Of a stretch of DNA of 64,000 nt, positions 49,147 through 62,340 are shown one piece after another; the stretch's first letter is position 1; every line of letters begins with the position of its first letter. Position numbers and translations under genes: made by a program. The stretch is from Syntrophorhabdaceae bacterium (lineage in GTDB: Bacteria; Desulfobacterota; Syntrophorhabdia; Syntrophorhabdales; Syntrophorhabdaceae), in assembly GCA_963665295.1 (NCBI GenBank), contig OY762209.1:1184001-1248000 (forward strand), given 5' to 3'. The notes under the pieces were generated by a model. It did not search any database. It was not told where the DNA came from and worked only from the letters and a program-made list of their open reading frames with translations.

Positions 49147-52100
49147 GTGAACAAAAATATGAGGGAAACCTTTAACAACAGGATATTTAGAAAGAACTAC
49201 GGGAAGATTAAAGAGGTCCTCGACATCCCGAACCTGATCGAGATCCAGCTTGATTCCTATGAGAAGTTCCTTCAGGAGGATATTCCTCTCGACCAGCGGG
49301 ATAACATAGGTCTGCAAGCGGTATTCAACAGTGTCTTTCCAATAAAAGATTCCCACGACACCACCTCCCTTGAGTTTGTGAAATATGAGATAGGTGACCC
49401 GAAGAATACCGAAGAAGAATGCCTCGTGAGAGGACTTAACTTTGCCGCGCCCATGAAGGTGACCATTCGCCTTGTGGTATGGAATGTTGACCCGGACACA
49501 AAGATTAAAGATATCAGGGCAATAAAAGAACAGGATGTATATTTCGGAGAGATCCCTCTTATGACGGAGAGGGGCACGTTCATTATAAACGGCACCGAGA
49601 GAGTGATCGTAAGCCAGTTGCACAGGTCTCCCGGCGTCTATTTCGATACGGACCAGTCAAAGTCGCCGTTGAGCGGCACTGTTTCTTACACGGCACGGAT
49701 AATCCCATACAGAGGCTCATGGCTGGATTTTGAGTTTGATTCCAAAGAGCTCGCGTATGTGAGGATAGATAAGAAGAAGAAAATACCCGTTACACTCCTC
49801 CTGAAGTCTCTCGGGTTCCCGGAGAAAGAGATTCTCGATTACTTCTATGACAAGGAGATCGTTAAGATAAAGGATGACAGGCTGTTCAAGGAAACGCCCC
49901 CCGCGCTCCTCGTGGGGCAGAAGTCGCCGTCGGACATCGTGAACGCGGAGACGGAAGAAGTGCTGGTGAAGAAACACAAGAAGATCACCAAGGGCGTGAT
50001 AAAGAAGATGGAACATGCCCACATAACGGAGATCGCCGTAGAGGAAGAGGACGTGGTGGGCAGAATTACCGCGAACAACGTGCTTGACCCCGAGACGAAG
50101 GAAGTGCTGATCCCCATAAACAGGGAGGTCACGAAGGAAGAACTGACCAAGGCAATAGACAGGGGCGTGACGAGCTTCGAGATCCTTTTCATCGATAACC
50201 TCACGGTAAGCTCCTCACTCAGGAATACGCTCCTCACGGACAAGGCTTCGGCCAAAGAGGACGCCCTTCTTGAGATATACAGAAAACTAAGGCCCGGCGA
50301 TCCCCCCACCATAGAATTCGCCGAGGCGCTGATTCATAACATGTTCTTCAGCCCCGAAAGGTACGACCTTTCGAGGGTGGGACGGCTTAAGATCAACCAC
50401 AGACTTAACCTCGACATTCCCCTCGATGTTTCGGTCCTCCGCAAGGAAGACATCATCGAAGTGGTGAAGCAGCTTATAAGATTGAAAGACGCGAGGGGAC
50501 CCGGGGACGACATCGACCACCTGGGGAACAGGCGCGTGAGGACTGTGGGCGAGCTTCTTGAAAACCAGTTCCGTATGGGACTTGTAAGGATGGAGAGGGC
50601 CATCAAGGAAAGGCTCACCTTCCCCGAGATGGAAACCCTCATGCCCCACGACCTCGTGAACCCGAAACCCGTGGCCACGGCGGTGAAGGATTTCTTTGCA
50701 AGCAGTCAGCTTTCCCAGTTCATGGACCAGACCAACCCTCTGAGCGAGATCACGCACAAGAGACGGCTTTCCGCTCTTGGACCGGGTGGACTCACGAGGG
50801 AAAGGGCGGGATTCGAGGTGAGGGACGTACACCCCACCCATTACGGGAGGATATGCCCCATCGAGACGCCTGAAGGACCGAATATCGGGTTGATCGCCTC
50901 TCTTTCCACCTACGCGAAGGTCAACGAATTCGGGTTTATCGAGGCCCCTTACCGACAGGTACTCGACGGACGGGTAACGGACAACATACACTACCTGAGC
51001 GCCCTTGAAGAGGAGCAGTTCTTCATCGCCCAGGCAAACGCGCCTGTTGACAAGGACGGGAGGTTTACGGAAGAACTTGTTTCCGCACAGAAAGGCGGAG
51101 GATTCTACCTCATCACTCCCGACCAGGTGAATTTCATGGACGTTTCTCCGAAGCAGCTCGTAAGCGCTTCGGCATCGCTCATCCCCTTCCTGGAGCACGA
51201 TGATGCAAACAGGGCCCTCATGGGCTCGAACATGCAGAGGCAGGCGGTGCCCCTCGTAATTACCGAGACCCCCTTCATCGGCACGGGCATGGAAAAGGTG
51301 GTGGGAAGGGACTCGCGGGTTACCGTCTCCGCCAAACATACGGGCGTGGTCAAGAGTGTGGACGCGAACCGGATCATCCTCAAGTACGAGGAGAAGGGAA
51401 AGAACGACGAGCCTGTTACGAAAATAGACGTATATAATCTCTTGAAATTCAGAAGATCGAACCAGGATACCTGCATAAATCAAAGGGTTATCGTAAAAGA
51501 GGGCGATTATGTGAAGAAGGGCGACGTCCTCGCCGACGGGCCGTCCACGGAGAGAGGGGAACTCGCCCTCGGAAAGAACGTGATGGTCGCCTTCATGCCC
51601 TGGAGAGGATACAACTACGAGGACTCCGTGCTCATAAACGAGAGACTCGTGAAGGAAGACGTGCTCACCTCCATCCACATAGAGGAACTGGAGTGCGTAT
51701 TGAGGGACACCAAGCTCGGAAAGGAAGAAGTGACCCGGGACATCCCGAACGTGGGCGAGGAGACTTTGAAAGACCTCGATGAAAGCGGCATCGTGCGCAT
51801 CGGCGCCACGGTGAAGCCCGGAGACATACTGGTGGGAAAGGTGACCCCCAAAGGGGAGACCCAGCTCACACCGGAAGAGAAGCTGCTCCGCGCCATATTC
51901 GGCGAAAAGGCGGGGGACGTGAAGGACACGTCGCTCAGGGTGCCCCACGGCATCGAAGGTATCGTCACCGATGTGAAGGTGTTGTCCCGCAGGGGAATAG
52001 ACAAGGACGACAGAAGCAAGGACATCGAGGATAAAGAGATATCGAACATATTGAAGGACCAGGAAGATCAGATCAAGATCATCCTCGAGGGGACGAGGGA

Positions 52101-53274
52101 AAAGGTAAGGGCCCTCCTTCTCGACAAGCCCCTTGCAGGGGATGTAAAGGACGAGAAGGGCAAGGTCTTCATGAAGAAGGGAGAGGTGCTCGCGAGGGAG
52201 AAGATCGACGCCATCGGTCTCGACAAGCTTGCGGACATGGACTTCGGAGAGGAACAGATGAATGGGAGGATCGCGAAGATCCTCGACAGCAAAGACAACC
52301 AGATAGAGATCATAAGGCTCTATTACGAAGATAAGATCAACAAGATAAAGAAGGGCGATGAGCTTCCGCCCGGGGTCATCAAGACCATCAAGGTCTACGT
52401 GGCCATGAAAAGGAAGATTGCGGTGGGCGACAAGATATCGGGGCGCCACGGCAACAAGGGTATCGTATCCGTCATCCTTCCCGAGGAAGACATGCCGTTC
52501 ATGGAAGACGGGACCGCGTTGGACATCGTGTTGAACCCCCTCGGTGTGCCCTCGCGAATGAACGCGGGCCAGATCCTGGAGACCCATCTCGGATGGGCCG
52601 CCAAGGAGCTGGGCAAGAGAATAGGCGACATGGTGGACAATTACTACAAACGCTGCTGTTCACCGGAGATAATAAAGAACTACCTTCACAAGGTGTTCGA
52701 TAACAATGAGCTGAGAGGCTTTGTGGAAAGGTTGTCCGATGAGGACATAGTCACCCTTGCCGAGCAGATGAGGAACGGGGTCCACATCGCCGTCCCTGTC
52801 TTCGACGGCGCCAAGGAAGAAGAGATCCATGAGCTCTTCAAAACGGCGGGTCTCCGCGACAGCAGGCAGACTACCCTTTTCGACGGGCGGACAGGAGTGC
52901 CCTTCCACCACCAGATTACGGTCGGCTACATGTACTTCCTGAAACTGCATCACCTTGTTGACGATAAGATCCATGCCCGGTCCATCGGGCCGTACTCCCT
53001 CGTTACCCAGCAGCCTCTCGGAGGAAAGGCCCAGTTCGGCGGCCAGAGGCTCGGGGAAATGGAAGTGTGGGCCCTCGAAGGGTATGGCGCCGCATATTCG
53101 CTCCAGGAGTTTCTCACCATCAAGTCGGATGACGTGAACGGGAGGATCAGGGCGTATGAGGCTATCGTGAAGGGAGAGGATGTGCTTGAACCGAGCCTGC
53201 CGGAATCCTTCAACGTTCTGGTGAAGGAATTACAGAGCTTGTGCATAAATGTGGACCTCATAAAAGAGGAATAG
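49147..53274 (+). CDS. rpoB: RNA polymerase beta subunit
   Basis: [39 protein letters not shown]. Confidence 0.99.
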   Translation: MNKNMRETFNNRIFRKNYGKIKEVLDIPNLIEIQLDSYEKFLQEDIPLDQRDNIGLQAVFNSVFPIKDSHDTTSLEFVKYEIGDPKNTEEECLVRGLNFAAPMKVTIRLVVWNVDPDTKIKDIRAIKEQDVYFGEIPLMTERGTFIINGTERVIVSQLHRSPGVYFDTDQSKSPLSGTVSYTARIIPYRGSWLDFEFDSKELAYVRIDKKKKIPVTLLLKSLGFPEKEILDYFYDKEIVKIKDDRLFKETPPALLVGQKSPSDIVNAETEEVLVKKHKKITKGVIKKMEHAHITEIAVEEEDVVGRITANNVLDPETKEVLIPINREVTKEELTKAIDRGVTSFEILFIDNLTVSSSLRNTLLTDKASAKEDALLEIYRKLRPGDPPTIEFAEALIHNMFFSPERYDLSRVGRLKINHRLNLDIPLDVSVLRKEDIIEVVKQLIRLKDARGPGDDIDHLGNRRVRTVGELLENQFRMGLVRMERAIKERLTFPEMETLMPHDLVNPKPVATAVKDFFASSQLSQFMDQTNPLSEITHKRRLSALGPGGLTRERAGFEVRDVHPTHYGRICPIETPEGPNIGLIASLSTYAKVNEFGFIEAPYRQVLDGRVTDNIHYLSALEEEQFFIAQANAPVDKDGRFTEELVSAQKGGGFYLITPDQVNFMDVSPKQLVSASASLIPFLEHDDANRALMGSNMQRQAVPLVITETPFIGTGMEKVVGRDSRVTVSAKHTGVVKSVDANRIILKYEEKGKNDEPVTKIDVYNLLKFRRSNQDTCINQRVIVKEGDYVKKGDVLADGPSTERGELALGKNVMVAFMPWRGYNYEDSVLINERLVKEDVLTSIHIEELECVLRDTKLGKEEVTRDIPNVGEETLKDLDESGIVRIGATVKPGDILVGKVTPKGETQLTPEEKLLRAIFGEKAGDVKDTSLRVPHGIEGIVTDVKVLSRRGIDKDDRSKDIEDKEISNILKDQEDQIKIILEGTREKVRALLLDKPLAGDVKDEKGKVFMKKGEVLAREKIDAIGLDKLADMDFGEEQMNGRIAKILDSKDNQIEIIRLYYEDKINKIKKGDELPPGVIKTIKVYVAMKRKIAVGDKISGRHGNKGIVSVILPEEDMPFMEDGTALDIVLNPLGVPSRMNAGQILETHLGWAAKELGKRIGDMVDNYYKRCCSPEIIKNYLHKVFDNNELRGFVERLSDEDIVTLAEQMRNGVHIAVPVFDGAKEEEIHELFKTAGLRDSRQTTLFDGRTGVPFHHQITVGYMYFLKLHHLVDDKIHARSIGPYSLVTQQPLGGKAQFGGQRLGEMEVWALEGYGAAYSLQEFLTIKSDDVNGRIRAYEAIVKGEDVLEPSLPESFNVLVKELQSLCINVDLIKEE

Positions 53275-53286
53275 GAGGGCATAACA

Positions 53287-56200
53287 TTGGACGATTATTT
53301 TAAGATATTAGATAAACAGAAAGACCCGCTCAGTTATGCAGCCATCAAAATATCTCTCGCATCCCCGGATCTGATCGAAAAATGGTCATACGGAGAGGTG
53401 AAGAAACCGGAAACTATCAATTACCGCACCTTTAAACCGGAGCGGGACGGACTTTTCTGCGCAAAGATTTTTGGGCCTGTGAAGGATTACGAGTGCATCT
53501 GCGGGAAGTACAAGCGGATGAAACACAGGGGCATCATCTGTGAGAAGTGTGGTGTAGAGGTTATACAGTCGAAGGTAAGAAGGGAAAGGATGGGCCATAT
53601 TCAGCTCGCCTGCCCCGTTGCCCATATATGGTTTTTGAAGAGCATGCCCAGCAAGATCGGGACCCTCCTCGAACTTACCATAAAAGAGGTTGAGAGGGTT
53701 CTTTACTTTGAGCAGTACATCGTTATCGAGCCGGGCAACTCCCCTCACGAATTCTGTGAGCTTATAAGCGAGGAGAAATACCTCGAAGGAAGAGAAAAAT
53801 ACGGCGCCACCTTTATTGGTGGGATCGGTGCCGAGGCAATGAGAGAGTGCCTCAAGAAGATTGAAATAGAAGACCTCACCAGGAAACTGAGAGAGGAGAT
53901 GCGGGATACGGCGAGCGACGCAAAGAAGAAGAAACTCGCCCGCAGGCTGAAGGTCGTCGATGCGTTCAGGGTCTCCGGCGTGAAACCCGAATGGATGATA
54001 CTCGACATCATACCCGTTCTTCCGCCGGAACTGAGGCCTCTCGTGCCTCTCGACGGAGGCAGGTTTGCCACATCCGACCTGAACGACCTTTACCGCAGGG
54101 TCATAAACAGGAACAACAGGCTGAAAAGGCTCATGGAGCTCAATGCGCCGGAGATCATCATAAGGAACGAAAAACGGATGCTCCAGGAGGCGGTGGACGC
54201 CCTCTTCGACAACTCGAAGAGAGGCAGGGTCGTAACGGGAGCGAGCAAAAGACCGCTCAAATCGTTGAGCGATATGCTCCGTGGGAAGCAGGGAAGGTTC
54301 CGTCAGAACCTCCTTGGAAAAAGGGTTGACTACTCAGGCAGGTCCGTCATCGTGGTGGGACCCGAACTGAGGCTGCACCAGTGCGGCCTTCCGAAATACA
54401 TGGCCCTCGAGCTCTTCAAGCCTTTTGTGTACAACGGGCTTATCCAGAAGGGCTTTGCCACTACCATAAAGAACGCGAAAAAGATCGTGGAGAAGGAAAG
54501 GCCCGAGGTTTGGGACGTGCTCGAAGAGGTGATCAAAGAGCACCCCGTGCTCCTGAACAGGGCGCCCACGCTGCACAGGCTCGGCATTCAGGCCTTTGAG
54601 CCGCAGCTTATCGACGGAAAGGCGATACAGCTTCATCCTCTCGTATGTCCTGCCTACAATGCGGACTTCGACGGGGACCAGATGGCAGTGCACATTCCGC
54701 TGTCCACCGAGGCCCAGACGGAAGCGAGGGTCCTCATGATGTCAACGAACAACATCCTGTCCCCGGCGAGTGGAAAGCCTATTATAGTACCCACCCAGGA
54801 CATCGTCCTCGGTCTCTACTACCTCACCATCGACAGAAAATACGTGAAGGGTGAGGGCAAGATCTTTGCCGACCCGGAAGAGGTAATCATCGCCTACGAT
54901 GCAGGCGAGGTAGACCTCCATGCGAAGATAAAGGTAAGGATACTCGGTGAAATCCTCGACACCACCACCGGAAGGGTAATGCTCCGGGACGTGGTGGAGA
55001 ATGCCCTCATGGAACTGGAAGAGGAGCAGAGGGCGAAAATTGTAAAGGACATGTGGAGCCTCATGAACCGGGTCATGGACAAGAAGACCATAGCCCAGCT
55101 CGTTGACAAGTGCTACAGGGAAGGCGGAGAAAAGGTCACCGTCATCCTTTCCGACAGGCTCAAGGACCTCGGTTACTTCTATGCGACCCTGGGCGGCATT
55201 TCCATAAGTGTTGACGATATGAAGATCCCCACCAAAAAGAAGGATCTCCTGGATCAGGCGAACAAGGACGTTATCGATGTCCAGAGGCAGCACTCCGAGG
55301 GTCTCATCACGGATGGCGAGCGGTACAACAAGGTTATCGATATCTGGGCCGACGTCACCGAGAGGATTGCAGACGAGTTGATGAAGGAACTCGGGTCCGA
55401 GAAGGTGCAGAGCCCCACAGGGGAATGGGAGTACCAGAACAGCCTCAACCCCATATTCATGATGGCCCACTCAGGCGCGAGAGGAAGCGCGCAGCAGATC
55501 AGGCAGCTCGCGGGCATGAGGGGACTCATGGCGAAACCTTCGGGCGAAATCATAGAAACACCGATTACAAGCAATTTCAGGGAGGGTCTGGACGTCCTCC
55601 AGTACTTTATATCGACTCACGGCGCCAGGAAGGGTCTCGCGGATACGGCGCTTAAAACCGCAAATTCAGGCTACCTTACAAGGAGGCTCGTTGACGCGGC
55701 CCAGGATGTGGTGGTGTCCGAAATCGACTGCGGCACCTTTGACGGTATCGAGGTAAGCTCCCTCATCGAGGGCGGCGAGGTAATAGAACACTTGGGCGCC
55801 AGAATCCTGGGCAGGGTAGTGCTCGAAGACCTCAAAGACCCTGATGGTGAGACCATAGTCGCAAAGAACGAAGAGATCAGGGAAGTTCACCTGAAGGCCA
55901 TAGAGGACGCGGGCTACGAAAAGATCAGGATACGGTCCGCCCTTACGTGCCGGTCCAAGAGAGGCGTCTGCGTACTCTGCTACGGCAGGGACCTGTCACG
56001 AGGACGGCTTGTAAGCATCGGCGAAGCAGTGGGTATCGTCGCAGCTCAGTCGATCGGCGAGCCGGGAACGCAGCTCACCATGAGGACATTCCATATCGGC
56101 GGCGCTGCATCCAGGCGTGTCGAGCAGTCCACCCTTGAGGCAAGAGGGGAGGGCTACATAAAGCTCATCAACGTGAAGGTCGTGGTAAACAGGGACAACA

Positions 56201-57441
56201 TCAGCGTCGCCATGAACAGGAACGGCGAAATTGCGATCCTGGACGAAGCGGGCAGGGAAAGGGAGCGGTACCCGGTCATCTATGGGGCAAGACTCAAAGT
56301 GGCCGACGGGGAACTTGTGGCCGACGGCCAGATACTGGCTGAATGGGACCCGTACACCATACCGATCCTCTCGGAAGAGACGGGAAAGGTAAAGTTCGGC
56401 GACATCACCGAAGGCGTTACCATGCAGGAGAGCAAGGACGAACTGACAGGCCTCTCTTACAAGGTCGTAGTGGAGCCCAAGGATGCGGAACTCAAACCCC
56501 GTATTTCGATAAAAGACGAGAAGGGCAAGACGAAGGTAATCGCGGTGAGCAACAGTCCCGCCCGGTATATGCTGCCTGTGGGCGCACATATCGTGGTCAA
56601 TGAAGGGGACATGATCTTCGCCGGTGACGTAATCTCCAAGATGCCCCGTGAGACTACCAAGACAAAGGATATCACCGGTGGTCTTCCCAGGGTCGCGGAA
56701 CTTTTCGAAGCGAGAAGGCCGAAAGAGAACGCCATGGTAAGCGAGGTAAACGGCTTCGTCGAATTCGGCAAGATGACCAAAGGCAAGCGAGAGATACTCG
56801 TGAAGCCCGAGCGCGGCGATCCAAGAAAGTACAGCATCCCGAGAGGAAAACACATCATCGTCCATGAAGGAGATTACGTGAAGGCGGGCGAACCCCTTAT
56901 GGACGGGCCGGTGAACCCTCACGACGTGCTCCGGATCAACGGAATCAAGGCCCTCCAGCGTTACCTCGTGGATGAGATCCAGGAGGTGTACCAGCTTCAG
57001 GGCGTGAAAATCAACGATAAGCATATTGAGGTCATTGTGCGGCAGATGTTGAAGAGGGTCCGCATAAAGGACGTAGGCGATACGAACTTCATCATAGACG
57101 AGCCGGTCGAGTGGTGGGTATTTGAAGAGGAGAACCGCCGGGTAATGGAGCAGGGAGGAAGACGGGCAGAAGCGGAACCCCTTTTCCTCGGTATTACCAA
57201 GGCATCCCTCATCACCGACAGCTTTATCTCAGCGGCGAGCTTCCAGGATACCACAAAGGTGCTGACCCAGGCATCGATAGAGGGACGGGTCGATTATCTG
57301 CGCGGCCTCAAAGAGAATGTCATTATGGGAAGAATCATCCCGGCGGGAACGGGCTACTCCAAGTATAGAAACTACGAGATGGCAGCCCTTGAAAAGCCGG
57401 AGGAAGTGAAGGAAGAACCTTTAGAGATTCAGACCCCTTAG
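53287..57441 (+). CDS. rpoC: RNA polymerase beta' subunit
   Basis: [10 protein letters not shown]; zinc finger CICGKYK..CEKC. Confidence 0.99.
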   Translation: MDDYFKILDKQKDPLSYAAIKISLASPDLIEKWSYGEVKKPETINYRTFKPERDGLFCAKIFGPVKDYECICGKYKRMKHRGIICEKCGVEVIQSKVRRERMGHIQLACPVAHIWFLKSMPSKIGTLLELTIKEVERVLYFEQYIVIEPGNSPHEFCELISEEKYLEGREKYGATFIGGIGAEAMRECLKKIEIEDLTRKLREEMRDTASDAKKKKLARRLKVVDAFRVSGVKPEWMILDIIPVLPPELRPLVPLDGGRFATSDLNDLYRRVINRNNRLKRLMELNAPEIIIRNEKRMLQEAVDALFDNSKRGRVVTGASKRPLKSLSDMLRGKQGRFRQNLLGKRVDYSGRSVIVVGPELRLHQCGLPKYMALELFKPFVYNGLIQKGFATTIKNAKKIVEKERPEVWDVLEEVIKEHPVLLNRAPTLHRLGIQAFEPQLIDGKAIQLHPLVCPAYNADFDGDQMAVHIPLSTEAQTEARVLMMSTNNILSPASGKPIIVPTQDIVLGLYYLTIDRKYVKGEGKIFADPEEVIIAYDAGEVDLHAKIKVRILGEILDTTTGRVMLRDVVENALMELEEEQRAKIVKDMWSLMNRVMDKKTIAQLVDKCYREGGEKVTVILSDRLKDLGYFYATLGGISISVDDMKIPTKKKDLLDQANKDVIDVQRQHSEGLITDGERYNKVIDIWADVTERIADELMKELGSEKVQSPTGEWEYQNSLNPIFMMAHSGARGSAQQIRQLAGMRGLMAKPSGEIIETPITSNFREGLDVLQYFISTHGARKGLADTALKTANSGYLTRRLVDAAQDVVVSEIDCGTFDGIEVSSLIEGGEVIEHLGARILGRVVLEDLKDPDGETIVAKNEEIREVHLKAIEDAGYEKIRIRSALTCRSKRGVCVLCYGRDLSRGRLVSIGEAVGIVAAQSIGEPGTQLTMRTFHIGGAASRRVEQSTLEARGEGYIKLINVKVVVNRDNISVAMNRNGEIAILDEAGRERERYPVIYGARLKVADGELVADGQILAEWDPYTIPILSEETGKVKFGDITEGVTMQESKDELTGLSYKVVVEPKDAELKPRISIKDEKGKTKVIAVSNSPARYMLPVGAHIVVNEGDMIFAGDVISKMPRETTKTKDITGGLPRVAELFEARRPKENAMVSEVNGFVEFGKMTKGKREILVKPERGDPRKYSIPRGKHIIVHEGDYVKAGEPLMDGPVNPHDVLRINGIKALQRYLVDEIQEVYQLQGVKINDKHIEVIVRQMLKRVRIKDVGDTNFIIDEPVEWWVFEEENRRVMEQGGRRAEAEPLFLGITKASLITDSFISAASFQDTTKVLTQASIEGRVDYLRGLKENVIMGRIIPAGTGYSKYRNYEMAALEKPEEVKEEPLEIQTP

Positions 57442-58170
57442 CTTCCGCTCCGCGATAGCGGCTTCTTCGGATTTAGGATAAAGCTCCATGACCTTCTTCA
57501 GGATGGTCATGGAGCTTTTTTTATCGTTCAGGCCCCTGAAGGCATCCGCCTGTGAGAGGAGGGCCTTGGGCGCCATTTCGGTCTTCGGGTATTTGTCGAG
57601 AAGCTCCTGGAAGGAAAGGATCGCCTTGTCGTAATCCTTGAGCATCATGTTGGAGTCTGCAAGCCAGTAAAGGGCATTGGGTGCAAGGGACGATTTCGGG
57701 TACATCTGGACGAAGGCGGTGAATTTATCGACAGACTCCCTGTACAAGCCCTTCTGGTAGAGGTCGAAAGCTTCCTTGTAAGGCGCCTCGGCATCCTCTT
57801 CCCTCGCATCCTTTACTGCGGGCAGGGCCTTTGACGGCCCGGCAACGGCTCCTCCTCTTTTTGCGGCGGCAAGCTCGTTCTTGGTCTCCTTCCAGTATGT
57901 GTCAAGCTGGTGTTGAAGCTCATCCAGCCTTCCCATGATCGTCCTTGTCTTGTCTTCCTTCTCGTCCGTGGAAGCAGTCATGGTGAACATCTGCTTTCTT
58001 ATGCTCTCCATCTCCCTTGACAGGCCGGCCATCTTCTGGCTCGTTTCGGTCTTGAATGCCCCCAGCTCCTGGTCGGTCATGTGGACGGACCGCCTCAACT
58101 GGTCTACGTCATGGGAAGACGCACATGCGGACAAGAGAAGAAAAAGGCCTACGATCGTAATTGTTCTCAT
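57421..58170 (-). CDS. cpoB: Tol-Pal system protein CpoB/YbgF (lipoprotein)
   Basis: Lipobox LSAC, coiled coil, TPR repeats (YPKS..APNALYW); downstream of pal. Confidence 0.88.
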   Translation of the reverse strand: MRTITIVGLFLLLSACASSHDVDQLRRSVHMTDQELGAFKTETSQKMAGLSREMESIRKQMFTMTASTDEKEDKTRTIMGRLDELQHQLDTYWKETKNELAAAKRGGAVAGPSKALPAVKDAREEDAEAPYKEAFDLYQKGLYRESVDKFTAFVQMYPKSSLAPNALYWLADSNMMLKDYDKAILSFQELLDKYPKTEMAPKALLSQADAFRGLNDKKSSMTILKKVMELYPKSEEAAIAERKLRGLNL

Positions 58171-58182
58171 GACTTACCCCTT

Positions 58183-58767
58183 CTATTCGACGTTAAGATG
58201 GGCCCGCCTGTTCTTGGCCCACGCTTCTTCGGTATGGCCCGCGTCGAGAGGCGCTTCCTTGCCGTAAGAGACGGTCTTGACCCTCTTCTCGTCCACGCCG
58301 AGCTTTACAAGATAGTCTTTCACCACCTCAGCCCTCTTCTGGCCGAGGACGAGGTTGTATTCCTGGGTCCCTCTTTCATCGCAGTGGCCTTCCACCGTCA
58401 GATGAGCGCCCTTGCGCCCTTCGAGCCATTTGGCGATGTCCTTGAGGCGTGCGAGGTCGTCTCCCTTTATGGTGTAGCTGTCATACTCGAAATGGACATC
58501 CTGGAAGAGGGCCGACTTTTCCTGGCCTGCCGCCCGCTCCTGTTCGAGCCTCTGCCGTTCTCTCGCCATCCTTTCCCTGTCCGCTTTCGAGGCGAGGTCT
58601 TCCTCGGTCATATCCGTTGAGGCCCGCGCCTTCCGGTCCTGCTCGGTTTTTGACAGTTCGTCCTGGCCCGGAGTTGTTGCCTGACGCTCGGGGGCAATGG
58701 TCTTTGGGCTGCATCCGTAAGATAGAGAAAACATCAAGGCTACGAGAAAAATGGCAACATATTTCAT
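58183..58767 (-). CDS. pal: Peptidoglycan-associated lipoprotein
   Basis: Lipobox; VEGHCDERGTQEYN; SYGKE; KNRRA. Confidence 0.95.
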   Translation of the reverse strand: MKYVAIFLVALMFSLSYGCSPKTIAPERQATTPGQDELSKTEQDRKARASTDMTEEDLASKADRERMARERQRLEQERAAGQEKSALFQDVHFEYDSYTIKGDDLARLKDIAKWLEGRKGAHLTVEGHCDERGTQEYNLVLGQKRAEVVKDYLVKLGVDEKRVKTVSYGKEAPLDAGHTEEAWAKNRRAHLNVE

Positions 58768-58819
58768 GAGAATCCCCTCCTGGAGGCCGGTGACGGGTGA
58801 CCTTACGGCCGCACGTCGA

Positions 58820-60109
58820 TCACGGCATGAATTTTGGTTGGTCCTCGTTCCCGTTCAGGAATTTGAGGACCCGCTGATTTTCGCCGTTGAAAAGCATAAG
58901 GTTGATAGTGGACCTTCCGCCGTTTTTGGATGAATAGATGATGTATCTCCCGCATGGGGAAAAGCTGGGGGAGTCGTTCACCGCGCCCCTGCCCGTGGTA
59001 AGGACGCGCTGGTTCGAGCCGTCCACGTTCATGGTGCATATCTCGAAGGAACCTTCGAGGCTGGACACGAAGGTGATCAGGTCCCCTTTGGGCGAGAAGG
59101 ATGGCGCTGAGTTGTATCTGCCTGAATAAGTGAGCCTTTTCATGTTACCGGAACCCAGGTCGGTGATGTAGACCTGGGCCGAGCCGCCCATGTCGGAGAC
59201 GAAAACCATTTTGGAGCCGTCGGGCGAGAACGAGGGTGAGGCAAGGATGCCGTCCTTCCGGAGGATCTGTCTCTTTGCTCCGCTCTCCACGTCGAAGGCA
59301 TAGATCGTGGAATATCTTCCCGATGTGTGGGAGAAGCCGAGGGTACCCCCGTTCAGCCACTGGGAGCCTAGTTTCATGCCTTCTTCCTTCTGGGAGCGGA
59401 CCTCCCTGTTACTCTGGATATCCATGACATAGAGATTGGGCCTTCCTTCTTTATAAGACGTGAAAGCGAGGTATTTTCCTGAGGGGGAGATGGACGGCGA
59501 GAGGGTAATGCTCTTGTAGCTTGTCAGTTTCTTCGTATTGCCGCCGTCGAGGTCGGCCGTGTAAAGTTCCTTGTGGAAACGGGAGCCGGACACGAAGAGG
59601 ACCCGGGAGCTCATGATGCCCTTTTCACCGGTGACCGTCTGGATGATGTCGTCCGCGAGCTTGTGGACGACCTTTCGCCAATCCGAGTCAGGCGCCTTGT
59701 ATCTCTTGGCGAGCATGAGGGAGCCTTCGACCGTGTCGTACAGGTAGGCTTCAAGGGCAACCTGCCCGTCCGAATTCTGGAGCCTTGCCTTGCAGAGCAG
59801 ATCGACCCCTATGGACTTCCAGTTGGTAAACCTGATCTCGGCTTTCTCCACACCTTCGCCGGAGAGTTCCTTGTCAAAGAGGGTCGGGGGCGCCACGATA
59901 AAGAAACCCGAAATATCGAGGTCTTTATTGAGAAGATCGCTCATCTCGGCTTTGAGCTTGTCGGCGTTCGCGCTCTTGAAAGCGGGGGCCGCTATGGTGA
60001 GCCTCTTGAAGCTCTTTCCGTATATGTCGATATAGGGTTTTGCTTCCGCCGCCGCCGAGGCGACGAAAGCGAGAAGCACGCCCATGATGATCCATTTAAG
60101 TCTTTTCAT
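58820..60109 (-). CDS. tolB: TolB beta-propeller protein
   Basis: Signal peptide, TolB N-domain (HKLADDI..TGEKG), SP.FSPDG PD40 repeats. Confidence 0.9.
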   Translation of the reverse strand: MKRLKWIIMGVLLAFVASAAAEAKPYIDIYGKSFKRLTIAAPAFKSANADKLKAEMSDLLNKDLDISGFFIVAPPTLFDKELSGEGVEKAEIRFTNWKSIGVDLLCKARLQNSDGQVALEAYLYDTVEGSLMLAKRYKAPDSDWRKVVHKLADDIIQTVTGEKGIMSSRVLFVSGSRFHKELYTADLDGGNTKKLTSYKSITLSPSISPSGKYLAFTSYKEGRPNLYVMDIQSNREVRSQKEEGMKLGSQWLNGGTLGFSHTSGRYSTIYAFDVESGAKRQILRKDGILASPSFSPDGSKMVFVSDMGGSAQVYITDLGSGNMKRLTYSGRYNSAPSFSPKGDLITFVSSLEGSFEICTMNVDGSNQRVLTTGRGAVNDSPSFSPCGRYIIYSSKNGGRSTINLMLFNGENQRVLKFLNGNEDQPKFMP

Positions 60110-60995
60110 GTAATCTCCAGTTTTCTAAAATGTCCACGAATGCCTTCACCTGGGGCAGAGGGGTTTTTCCTTTCTTGGTGACCAGATAAAAGGACCGCTT
60201 TATGTCCGGAAGGCCCTCCACGTGAAGGAGCTTCAGGTCGCCGTGGGCGAGTTCGTCGGTGAGGGCCATGCGTGAGATGTAGGCAATGCCCATCCCGCTT
60301 TTGATGGCCTCTTTTATGGCCTGCGTGCTCGTGAGTTCGGCCACTGTTTTGAGGTCCTGGGACGTGAGGGTCGAGAGCTTCCTGAGGGCCTGTTCGAAGC
60401 CGGCACGCGTGCCGGACCCTGTCTCGCGGGTGATGAACGGGTATTGGGTCAGTTCCTTGAGGAGGATCGAGTCGGGATAGTCACGGGGGGCGGCGATGAC
60501 GATGGTGTCGTTGAAAATCCTCTTGTATTCCACCTTCCGTGTCTCGTCCTTTGCGCCCACGAAGCCGATGTCGATTTCCCCCAGGTCGGTCTTGTTCAAT
60601 ATGTCCTTGGAATCGGAGATGATCAGTTTGAGTTGTATGCCCGTGTAGCGCCCGTTGAAGAGGTTGAGTATCCGGGGGAGCATGTAGGTGCCGGGGATGG
60701 TGCTCGCGCCGATGACCATGGTGCCCTTCTTGACCCCTCTGAAGGCGGCGATGGCATCGATGGCTTCCTTCTTCAGTGCAAGGAATTCAATGGCATAGCC
60801 GAGCAGTATCTCGCCGGCCTTGGTGAGGACCACGCTCCTCTTCGTGCGGTCGATGAGCTTTACCTCGAAGAACCGTTCGAGGTCGACGATCTGTTTGCTT
60901 ACCGTGGGCTGAGTGAGATAGAGCAACTCCGCGGCCTTGGTAAAGCTTTTCAGTTCAGCGATCTTGACGAAAGTCTCTAAGTGCCGTAAATCCAT
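60096..60995 (-). CDS. LysR-family transcriptional regulator (CysL/selenium-associated type)
   Basis: SFTKAAELLYLTQPTVS HTH; GASTIPG; RETGSGTR. Confidence 0.92.
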   Translation of the reverse strand: MDLRHLETFVKIAELKSFTKAAELLYLTQPTVSKQIVDLERFFEVKLIDRTKRSVVLTKAGEILLGYAIEFLALKKEAIDAIAAFRGVKKGTMVIGASTIPGTYMLPRILNLFNGRYTGIQLKLIISDSKDILNKTDLGEIDIGFVGAKDETRKVEYKRIFNDTIVIAAPRDYPDSILLKELTQYPFITRETGSGTRAGFEQALRKLSTLTSQDLKTVAELTSTQAIKEAIKSGMGIAYISRMALTDELAHGDLKLLHVEGLPDIKRSFYLVTKKGKTPLPQVKAFVDILENWRLHEKT

Positions 60996-61276
60996 ATCGA
61001 AAGAATATTATATCACCCCGGCCATTGCAAGTAAAATGATCGGAGATAACACGCCGCACGACACCCCGCAAGCGTTGAGAGTCGACCACGGGGTTTGGTG
61101 GGCGCCTGACGCACTACAGATGCGGAGAGGACGGGAGGAATGGAGGTGCGAATGTCCCGTGGAGGGACGGGCGATGTTGGGGGTCCCGGTAGTTGCGGGG
61201 CAGTCGCTTTGTATCAGCGGATGCCGGAAATAAAAGCCGGTCGGGAAAGGGCAAGGATGGCGTATACCGAACCTTC

Positions 61277-62098
61277 TCAGTCCGGTTCTGTCCCTATCAG
61301 GCTCTTTTCCGTCAGCTTTGCCCGGTACAGTTTTGCATCTTTCAGTTTTGCCCCTCTCAGGTCTGCCCCTCTCAGGTCGGACTCACTCAGGTCCGCTTCT
61401 CTCAGATCCGCTTTTGTCAGGTCCGCCTCCCTGAGGTTTGCCCACGCCAGGTTTGCTCCTCTCAGGTTTGCCCCGCTGAGGTTTACTTCCGTCAGGTCCG
61501 CCCCCGCCAGATTTAACCCGCTCAGGTTCGCAGCCCATAGTTTTGCCCCGGACAGGTTTGCATTTGTCAGGCTGTGTACGTCTCGCAGGTTTACCCCGCT
61601 CATATCCGCCTCGCTCAGGTTTACCCCTTTGAGACTTACTCCTCCCAGGCTTGCCCCGACGAGGTTCACCCTCTCCATATTCGCGTTTCTGAGTTTGGCA
61701 TCTTTAAGGTTCGCCTTCTCCATGCGTGCATCCTTGAGCTTCGCCCCTCTCAGGTCCGCTTCACTCAGGTTCGCCCCATAGAGGTCCGCCCCTCTCAGGT
61801 TTGTCTCAACCAGCTTTGCCCTCTCCAGCCTTGCATTTTTCAGCTTCGCCTTCTTCAGCTTCGCGATCCCCAGGTTCGCATCGTTCAGCTTCGCCCCTTC
61901 CAGGTTCGCCCCATAGAGGTCCGCTCCGCTCAGGTCCACCTTCTCCAGGCTTGCCCCGCTCAGGTCGCAGGATGGACACGCATTGGTGGTCCTCAATTGT
62001 TCCAACTGCGCAGGATCAAAGGCTGCCGCATCGCCGGGGAGCAAACATATCCCCGGAAGCATGGCCAGGCAAACCAAGGCGGTAATCTGTTTCATCAT
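61277..62098 (-). CDS. Secreted pentapeptide-repeat protein
   Basis: Signal peptide; CPSCDL; many A(D/N/K)Lxx repeats. Confidence 0.9.
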   Translation of the reverse strand: MMKQITALVCLAMLPGICLLPGDAAAFDPAQLEQLRTTNACPSCDLSGASLEKVDLSGADLYGANLEGAKLNDANLGIAKLKKAKLKNARLERAKLVETNLRGADLYGANLSEADLRGAKLKDARMEKANLKDAKLRNANMERVNLVGASLGGVSLKGVNLSEADMSGVNLRDVHSLTNANLSGAKLWAANLSGLNLAGADLTEVNLSGANLRGANLAWANLREADLTKADLREADLSESDLRGADLRGAKLKDAKLYRAKLTEKSLIGTEPD

Positions 62099-62340
62099 GT
62101 CTATCCCCCTTCTCTATCCTTACGGCATCGCTTCGCCGTGCGCCGTCTGACGCGCCGTTAGAAGATATGATGCATTTCAGGGGATTTGCAAGCATATTAG
62201 GGCAACCAGGACCGGCATATCATGAAAACGGTTTGCTTTCACGCCCCTGTTCCGCATGATCTTCCGTGTTGACGGATGACGCATGGAGCTACTAAGATAG
62301 CAGCAAAAACATTTCAGTAAAACTATATTCGTTATATTTA

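Noticed and set aside
50690..50800. Rifampicin-resistance substitutions in rpoB cluster I
   Set aside because: Key Q, D, H and S residues match the sensitive consensus.
50287..52587. 766-aa antisense ORF inside rpoB, and similar long shadow ORFs (5455-6852, 41119-42420, 55996-57024)
   Set aside because: They mirror well-supported genes on the opposite strand, as expected from GC-rich codon bias, and contain no recognisable motifs.
61100..61230. Cobalamin-riboswitch-like CTGCCCCGCAACT on the minus strand upstream of the LysR gene
   Set aside because: No GGGAA/P3-P4 elements or proper B12 box, and a candidate promoter for the LysR gene lies downstream of it.
61277..61980. 15-nt periodic DNA repeats (also 29300-29780)
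   Set aside because: Fully explained by pentapeptide-repeat coding.
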